DNA of 41,981 nucleotides from Promethearchaeota archaeon (GTDB lineage Archaea; Asgardarchaeota; Hermodarchaeia; Hermodarchaeales; Hermodarchaeaceae): NCBI GenBank assembly GCA_048937435.1, contig JBHLNC010000001.1, positions 1 to 41,981 of the forward strand, read 5' to 3'. Shown piece by piece: positions 37,071 to 41,981 of this stretch (position 1 is its first letter; each line of letters starts with the position of its first letter). The notes under the pieces were generated by a model. It saw only the letters and a program-made list of their open reading frames with translations, ran no database searches and was not told where the DNA came from. The position numbers and the translations under genes were made by a program.

Positions 37071-38545
37071 TGTGAAGCCTCCTCATTAGGAAATTTCGGG
37101 GTGCCATTCCCTAATCCCAATTTGCCAGGATTCATGATGTTTTTGGGATCCAAATACTGCTTGATGGCTTGTAGTAGCCTAAAGCCGGTTTCACCATGTT
37201 CGATTGGCATCCAGGGAGCTTTGAGAAGCCCCACACCATGTTGATGACTGAGTGTGCCACCTGCACGTTGTGCCGCTTCTAAGCCTGCATCCCAGATTTG
37301 TTGGTATTTTGTCTCAACTTCTTCTGGTGAGCTAACGTGACCAACGAAGATGACATAGATATTACCGCCGTCAGGATAGAAGTGGGAGAAGTGACTCATG
37401 GTGCCCACACCGAAGGCTTCAATGGCTTTCCGCATCTCCCAATACATCTTCTCTAAATTGGCATAGCTGGAAGCCACGTCTAAGACATCGTAAAGCATGC
37501 CTGGACCCATGTTCGTATTTGAAGGATAGTAGAGGTCGAACCGGTTATTCCACCAGTGCTTTGAAGGTCCTGGCCCTAAATCCTCAGCGTTTCCTTCTAA
37601 ACAGAGCTTGGTTACTGTTCGTTTTTCTAGTCGAACTAAATCTTTTGTTGCCCGATAAATGAAGTTCAGGACGCAAGCGCCGTCTGGAGGTGATTTGAAC
37701 CGGCTGAGTACGAAACGTGTTTCGTTTTCATCGTAAAGCCTGATGAGTGCAGGTTTCAGGTCGTGGCGAAACACCTGTTTAACAGCATTCATCCCTGAAT
37801 GCAAGTCGGGAAAGAGAAAGGAGGCAAACTGTGTCGCTTCGGGTAATGGAGCAATTCGAAGCGTGAGTTCAGTGATGATACCATAGGTTCCTTCTGAGCC
37901 AATGAAGAGTTGTTTGAGGTCGGGTCCCATTGAGGATCGAGGTACAGCTTTAGTTCGAAGGAGCTCTCCAGTGGGCAGCACGACTTCTAATCCAGTAATC
38001 ATATCTTCGATTTTCCCATACTTGGATGAAAGAACGCCAGCTGACCGGGCGGCAGCGAATCCGCCGAGAGCAGAGCTGTAGATGGAGGAAGGAAGATGCC
38101 CTGTCGTGTACCCACGTGTCGTTAGGTACTCTTCTAGCTCGTAACCCAAAATGCCAGGTTCTACTGTTACAGTAAATGAGTCTTCATCAAGGGAGAGCAC
38201 CTTGTTCATTTTCTTGACATCAACGATGATTCCACCAGTTGTGGCTAATATCCCTCCAGCAACACCACCTGCTCCGGATACTGGAATGAGTGGTATGGAT
38301 TCTTGGTTGGCTAGCCTGACAATTTTTTGAATTTGATCAACAGTTTGTGGCCATATAATCAAATCTGGTTTAGCCTCGATAATTAATCGACCCAACCGTA
38401 TCAGACGAAGAGGCCAGGCATCTCGCGAATAGTTTATTTTGTCTACTTCTGCATCAGAAACATTCTCTTTGCCTAACCAAACTTCCAGTTGACGTTTTAC
38501 GCGATTGACATTGAAGGCAGTTGAGGCAGCAGACACGAATAACAC
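37067..38545 (-). CDS. FAD-linked oxidase (GlcD / D-lactate dehydrogenase family)
   Basis: An FAD_binding_4-type N-domain (IPLIPVSGAGGVAGG) and an FAD-oxidase C-domain ending in HQHGVGLLK...MNPGKL. GTG start. Confidence 0.9.
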   Translation of the reverse strand: MLFVSAASTAFNVNRVKRQLEVWLGKENVSDAEVDKINYSRDAWPLRLIRLGRLIIEAKPDLIIWPQTVDQIQKIVRLANQESIPLIPVSGAGGVAGGILATTGGIIVDVKKMNKVLSLDEDSFTVTVEPGILGYELEEYLTTRGYTTGHLPSSIYSSALGGFAAARSAGVLSSKYGKIEDMITGLEVVLPTGELLRTKAVPRSSMGPDLKQLFIGSEGTYGIITELTLRIAPLPEATQFASFLFPDLHSGMNAVKQVFRHDLKPALIRLYDENETRFVLSRFKSPPDGACVLNFIYRATKDLVRLEKRTVTKLCLEGNAEDLGPGPSKHWWNNRFDLYYPSNTNMGPGMLYDVLDVASSYANLEKMYWEMRKAIEAFGVGTMSHFSHFYPDGGNIYVIFVGHVSSPEEVETKYQQIWDAGLEAAQRAGGTLSHQHGVGLLKAPWMPIEHGETGFRLLQAIKQYLDPKNIMNPGKLGLGNGTPKFPNEEASQ

Positions 38546-38663
38546 CCACCATTCGAACTATGAATAGGAATTATTACATAAAAGCCACCTTGAACAACGA
38601 AAACCCTGTCCAGAACAATCGAAAGATGGCGTTGGCTCAAAATGGCACACAGATTCTGTTGAT

Positions 38664-39409
38664 CTAGATAGGTTCTGAGACAAAAATCGCTCTTTCGGCT
38701 TCAGGGGTCCAAGGTGCGCGTGAGAAGGAAGAATAGATTGTTTCCACTTGGAAATGCATCTCAGCTAACAGAAATTTCACATCCTCGACTGTCATGACAG
38801 CAAGTTGCGACCAATCATAAAAGGTGTCGGTGATACGCCCTGCTTTGTCATGGACATCGAACCGGAGTACTGTATCGATAACGCCCTCTGACTCTCGAAC
38901 ACGGGTTGAGATTGAACGCGTTACAGCGTCACCTTTGGGAAGAGAGACAGTTTCCAGCCGTCGCCATGTGCCACTTGAATCTGATTCGCCCACCCAAATG
39001 TCAAACACGAAGGAACCTTCGGAGTGTAGATGGGCTTTCTGAGACAACCCACCTGCTCTTTACGAGTTGTAAGGTATTGGAAACTACCCGATGGAACATA
39101 AATAAACCGAAATTTTTGATCGAGTGAAAAATCACTCATATCCCCTGCAATGAATAGAAGTCGTTTGGCAATTTCAGGTGGGGCTTTTTGCAGTTTTTTA
39201 CGGGCTTCCTGAAGCATCTCTCGGGACTTCTCGAGCCCAACTACCGTGATACCATCCTCTGCTAAATGGAAAGCAAAGACACCAGTTCCAACACCTAATT
39301 CTAGTGCGGGTGATCCCACTTCTTGAGCAAGGAGCTGATAGAAAGCCTGCTCCTCTTCCTTGCCAAGGACAAAGAGATCGTAGAACTGTGCACTCGCTTT
39401 ATACGCCAT
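38664..39409 (-). pseudogene. Class I SAM-dependent methyltransferase interrupted by a single frameshift
   Basis: Two overlapping ORFs lie in different frames. The upstream part carries motif I (LELGVGTGVF) and motif II (FIAGDMSDF). A -1 shift at ~39033-39040 joins ...KEQVGCLRK to AHLHSEGSFVFDIW..., restoring a normal methyltransferase. Confidence 0.7.
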
Positions 39410-39536
39410 ATGAAACCATCACACCTGAATGCATTGGTGATTGTGGACTATTTGAGGGTTTTTGTCAAGCAATCAGTAGTCGCGTTCCACAGTGGACTTT
39501 GTTTCCTCCCAGCTCTAAACTAGGAAGGATGATGTC

Positions 39537-40322
39537 ATGTTTCAAACCGCGTTCTCTATGGCACAGCAAACCCAGAAAGCGAAATGTTCCACTGGTATCA
39601 CTATCCTCGATGGCCTGTTGGAAGGTGGCTTTGAACCAGGACTCAGCTACTTGCTGTACGGTAGCCCACACTGTACACAAATGCTTCAACAATCAATAGC
39701 TAGTGCACTGGAACAAATCTCCTCTGATCATGGAGTAGCGGTCATAGACGCCAACAACGGCATTCGCCCTGACACCATCATTAGTCATCTTCGGACAACC
39801 TCACAACAGACACCCCCAGCAAGATACTTGAATCGCCTTCATGTGGCCCGAGCATTCACAACCGACCAGTTGCTTTCCCTACTTGATGATGCTGTCAACA
39901 CTGTTCAAGAACATAGAGCCCCAATTCTGTTCGTCAACGGGCTCATGCACCTCGTTCAAGAAGAAGAGGGAGGTCAACCCATTTCAGAATCCCCAAGAGC
40001 CCCTCCTGATCCCCGTGTCTTTCGCCGCGCCCAACTTGCTACACACCTGAAACAACTTGCTTTCACACAGCAAGTCGCAGTCGTAGTAAGCGCAGATGCA
40101 CCTAATCGCCTTACAAAACCACCCCTCCGCTTGGGTCAAACTGCACGTCACCGATTCCATGTCCTGATACACCATTCCCGCCAAGACAATGTTGAAACAT
40201 TTACTTTGGTGAAACATCCAAGTCGTCCCTGGCTTCAACGGAGTACGGTCACACCACGAATTCGTCATTACCCAGTATCCAAGCAAACACTACTCTTTGA
40301 TATAGAAAATCCATTTGACTAG
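39537..40322 (+). CDS. RadB/RadA-paralogue-like RecA-superfamily protein with degenerate Walker A and B motifs
   Basis: STGITILDGLLEGGFEPGLSYLLYGSPHCTQ follows the RadB/KaiC N-terminal pattern (STG..LD.LLGGG.E.G....YG), but the GKT P-loop is replaced by PHCTQ. The Walker B position reads ILFVNG, so the Asp is absent. Confidence 0.55.
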   Translation: MFQTAFSMAQQTQKAKCSTGITILDGLLEGGFEPGLSYLLYGSPHCTQMLQQSIASALEQISSDHGVAVIDANNGIRPDTIISHLRTTSQQTPPARYLNRLHVARAFTTDQLLSLLDDAVNTVQEHRAPILFVNGLMHLVQEEEGGQPISESPRAPPDPRVFRRAQLATHLKQLAFTQQVAVVVSADAPNRLTKPPLRLGQTARHRFHVLIHHSRQDNVETFTLVKHPSRPWLQRSTVTPRIRHYPVSKQTLLFDIENPFD

Positions 40323-40409
40323 ATTGGATCCTTGAGTGGGTTAGACTTTACCCAATACTAGCATTTTTACCCGCGTTCATGTAGAGAACTTGCTCACAAG
40401 AGGAGCCAT

Positions 40410-41339
40410 TTGGTCATGAAACTCAATTCATGGAAATACTATTGTCTACTCATCCTAGCCATGGTGTTTTGGGGTGGAAGCTGGGTTTCCGTGAAAATCG
40501 TTGTCTCAAATGCACCACCGATGACTGTGGGATTCTTCCGCTTCTTAACAGCCAGTCTGATCTTCATTCCTATTTTACTCGCAACCCATCGAGAAAATAT
40601 CCAGGTCTATTCTCGTCGTGATATTGGTCTGTTTTTTGTTTTGGGGTTAGTTGGTGTATTGGGGTATGGTGTTCTCTTTTTGGTGGGGATGCAGTTTACA
40701 ACATCAGCTCAGGGATCGATTATCGCAGGAGTCAATCCTATCACGGTAAGTCTCTTGGCGTTTCTGCTGTTAAACGAGCGCCTTACTCCGAAATGGAGAT
40801 ACTTGGGATTTATTTTCAGTTTTTTTGGTATTTTCTTCGTTGTGGGAGTCCAATCCTTTCTCGAATTCCGAATTGATTACTTGATTGGAAACCTCATCCT
40901 TTTGTGTGGGATGTTAACTTGGGGACTCTACTCGGTTCTGGGAAAAAAGGTGATGACTCGTTACTCTTCCTTGGAAACTACCGCTATTGGCATTTTCTTT
41001 GGTACAGTACTTTTCTTTGGTTTAGCACTTACAGAACAATTTTGGACGCTTCCCATAATGGCTGATCCAGCGTTTTGGCTTCATATCCTGTATTTAGGTA
41101 TCTTTGTCACGGTTTTGGGATTTCTATTCTATTTCATCGGTATCGAAAATCTCGGAGCAAGTCGGGCGGCTGTTTTCATATCTTTGGTTCCTGTATTTGG
41201 AACACTTTTCTCTATCCTAATACTCAGTGAGCGACTCTATTGGACATTTGTAGTTGGTCTAATTCTGGTTGTTGTAGGAATATTGGTGATTAATTATCCA
41301 CGAAAGGAAGAGGCCACTCGTGTTGTGACTAGCCCTTAG
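40410..41339 (+). CDS. DMT superfamily (EamA) transporter
   Basis: 309 aa with 10 TM helices in two EamA-like halves (FWGGSWVSVKIV...; LGASRAAVFISLVPVFGTLFSILILSE). Confidence 0.85.
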   Translation: MVMKLNSWKYYCLLILAMVFWGGSWVSVKIVVSNAPPMTVGFFRFLTASLIFIPILLATHRENIQVYSRRDIGLFFVLGLVGVLGYGVLFLVGMQFTTSAQGSIIAGVNPITVSLLAFLLLNERLTPKWRYLGFIFSFFGIFFVVGVQSFLEFRIDYLIGNLILLCGMLTWGLYSVLGKKVMTRYSSLETTAIGIFFGTVLFFGLALTEQFWTLPIMADPAFWLHILYLGIFVTVLGFLFYFIGIENLGASRAAVFISLVPVFGTLFSILILSERLYWTFVVGLILVVVGILVINYPRKEEATRVVTSP

Positions 41340-41967
41340 AAGACTTGCGTAAATAAGGGCAATTATAATTAAGAGGACATTTTTGGCAGCTTGGTTTTCG
41401 AGCGGTACACTGGGTTGCACCAAAGTCGAGGAGTGCTTGATTCATAGCATTGGCTTGTCCTGGAGGGATAACCAGTTCAGCTAAATGCCACAGCTGCTTA
41501 TTCGCTGGTTCGCGCATCGGGTCGCCTTGAACCTGAAAATACCGTTGTAGTACACGTCGCACATTTGTATCAAGAATGGGAGCATCTTTATGAAACGCAA
41601 AGCTAAGGATGGCCCCTGCAGTATATCGTCCGATTCCGCGTAAACCCATCAATTCATCCAATGTGTCCGGAAGACAGCCATTGTACTTCTTAACGACAAG
41701 TTTAGCAATTTGTTGAAGGCGCCCAGGACGAAAATTATATCCCAAGGGACGCCACAACTGAATAACCTCTTTTTTCGGTGCAGCCGCCAGAGCTTCAAAT
41801 GTTGGATATGCTTCTAAGAATTCGTAATATTTGGGAACCACTCGATCGACTTGAGTCTGATGAAGCATGATTTCAGAAACAAGAATACGATAAGGATCTC
41901 TGGTGCGACGCCAAGGAAGGTCGCGCCCGTTGATGGCATACCATTTGAGCAACTTTCGCTGAAACAT
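41329..41967 (-). CDS. MutY-like HhH-GPD adenine DNA glycosylase, catalytic core only
   Basis: LLKWYAINGRDLPWRRTRDPYRILVSEIMLHQTQV, HhH GIGRYTAGAI, the catalytic-Asp context LDTNVRRV, and the Fe-S loop C-x6-C-x2-C-x5-C (CTARKPSCQKCPLNYNC). The 212 aa leave no room for the NUDIX-like C-domain. Confidence 0.85.
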   Translation of the reverse strand: MFQRKLLKWYAINGRDLPWRRTRDPYRILVSEIMLHQTQVDRVVPKYYEFLEAYPTFEALAAAPKKEVIQLWRPLGYNFRPGRLQQIAKLVVKKYNGCLPDTLDELMGLRGIGRYTAGAILSFAFHKDAPILDTNVRRVLQRYFQVQGDPMREPANKQLWHLAELVIPPGQANAMNQALLDFGATQCTARKPSCQKCPLNYNCPYLRKSSKG

Positions 41968-41981
41968 CTGAATCTGCTTAC

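Noticed and set aside
39033-39040. Programmed -1 ribosomal frameshift in the methyltransferase
   Set aside because: The site (AGAAAG) is not a canonical X-XXY-YYZ heptamer, and I see no convincing downstream stimulatory structure. An indel (pseudogene or sequencing error) is the simpler explanation. It is kept only as a minor alternative.
1-41981. Scan for CRISPR arrays, IS elements/transposases, integrases, prophage genes, toxin-antitoxin pairs, tRNA/rRNA genes
   Set aside because: By eye I found no regularly spaced direct repeats, no DDE/tyrosine-recombinase-like ORFs, and no cloverleaf-compatible sequences in the intergenic spacers. The window looks like core chromosome rather than a mobile or defence island.

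Overview
About 42 kb of densely packed prokaryotic chromosome: roughly 35 protein-coding genes on both strands, several with 4-17 nt overlaps. I found no rRNA, tRNA, CRISPR array, transposase, integrase or long nucleotide repeat. The gene content points to an archaeon, most plausibly an Asgard-group lineage. That content includes an MtrH-family methyltransferase, a RadB-like RecA paralogue, a eukaryote-like Arf/Rab-type small GTPase fused to a longin/roadblock-like N-domain, oligo-T termination signals and a GAGGTGA Shine-Dalgarno. This placement is inference from reading the sequence, not a database result.

Ordinary content:
- Opp/Dpp-type peptide ABC transporter: OppD (partial at the window edge), OppC, OppB.
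- Hydantoinase/oxoprolinase A+B pair.
- Transporters: LysE, two MFS, PiT, CDF and EamA.
- 3-hydroxyacyl-CoA dehydrogenase, amidase, MBL-fold hydrolase, thioredoxin-like protein, Eis-like GNAT, PIG-L deacetylase, DUF457-like membrane hydrolase, and a GlcD/GlcF-like FAD + Fe-S oxidase pair.
- Scattered DNA-repair-type genes: endonuclease IV-like TIM barrel, DExH helicase with DUF1998 Zn module, RadB-like pseudo-ATPase, MutY-like glycosylase core.

The most unusual locus is a minus-strand cluster at 11515-17912. It holds an ArsR-type wHTH protein with a charged coiled-coil N-terminus, an unrecognisable 213-aa protein, and a 1619-aa orphan giant protein. The giant protein has no signal peptide, no motif I can recognise, an alpha-helical N-half, a W/Y-rich beta-type C-half and a single C-terminal hydrophobic anchor.

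Other observations worth a second look:
- An OppC permease carrying a ~390-aa extracytoplasmic insertion made of two repeated jelly-roll/CBM-like modules.
- The longin-like/GTPase fusion.
- A RadB-like protein with both Walker motifs ablated.
- A CDF transporter fused to a NifX/NifB-like domain.
- An isolated mtrH.
- A frameshifted SAM methyltransferase.
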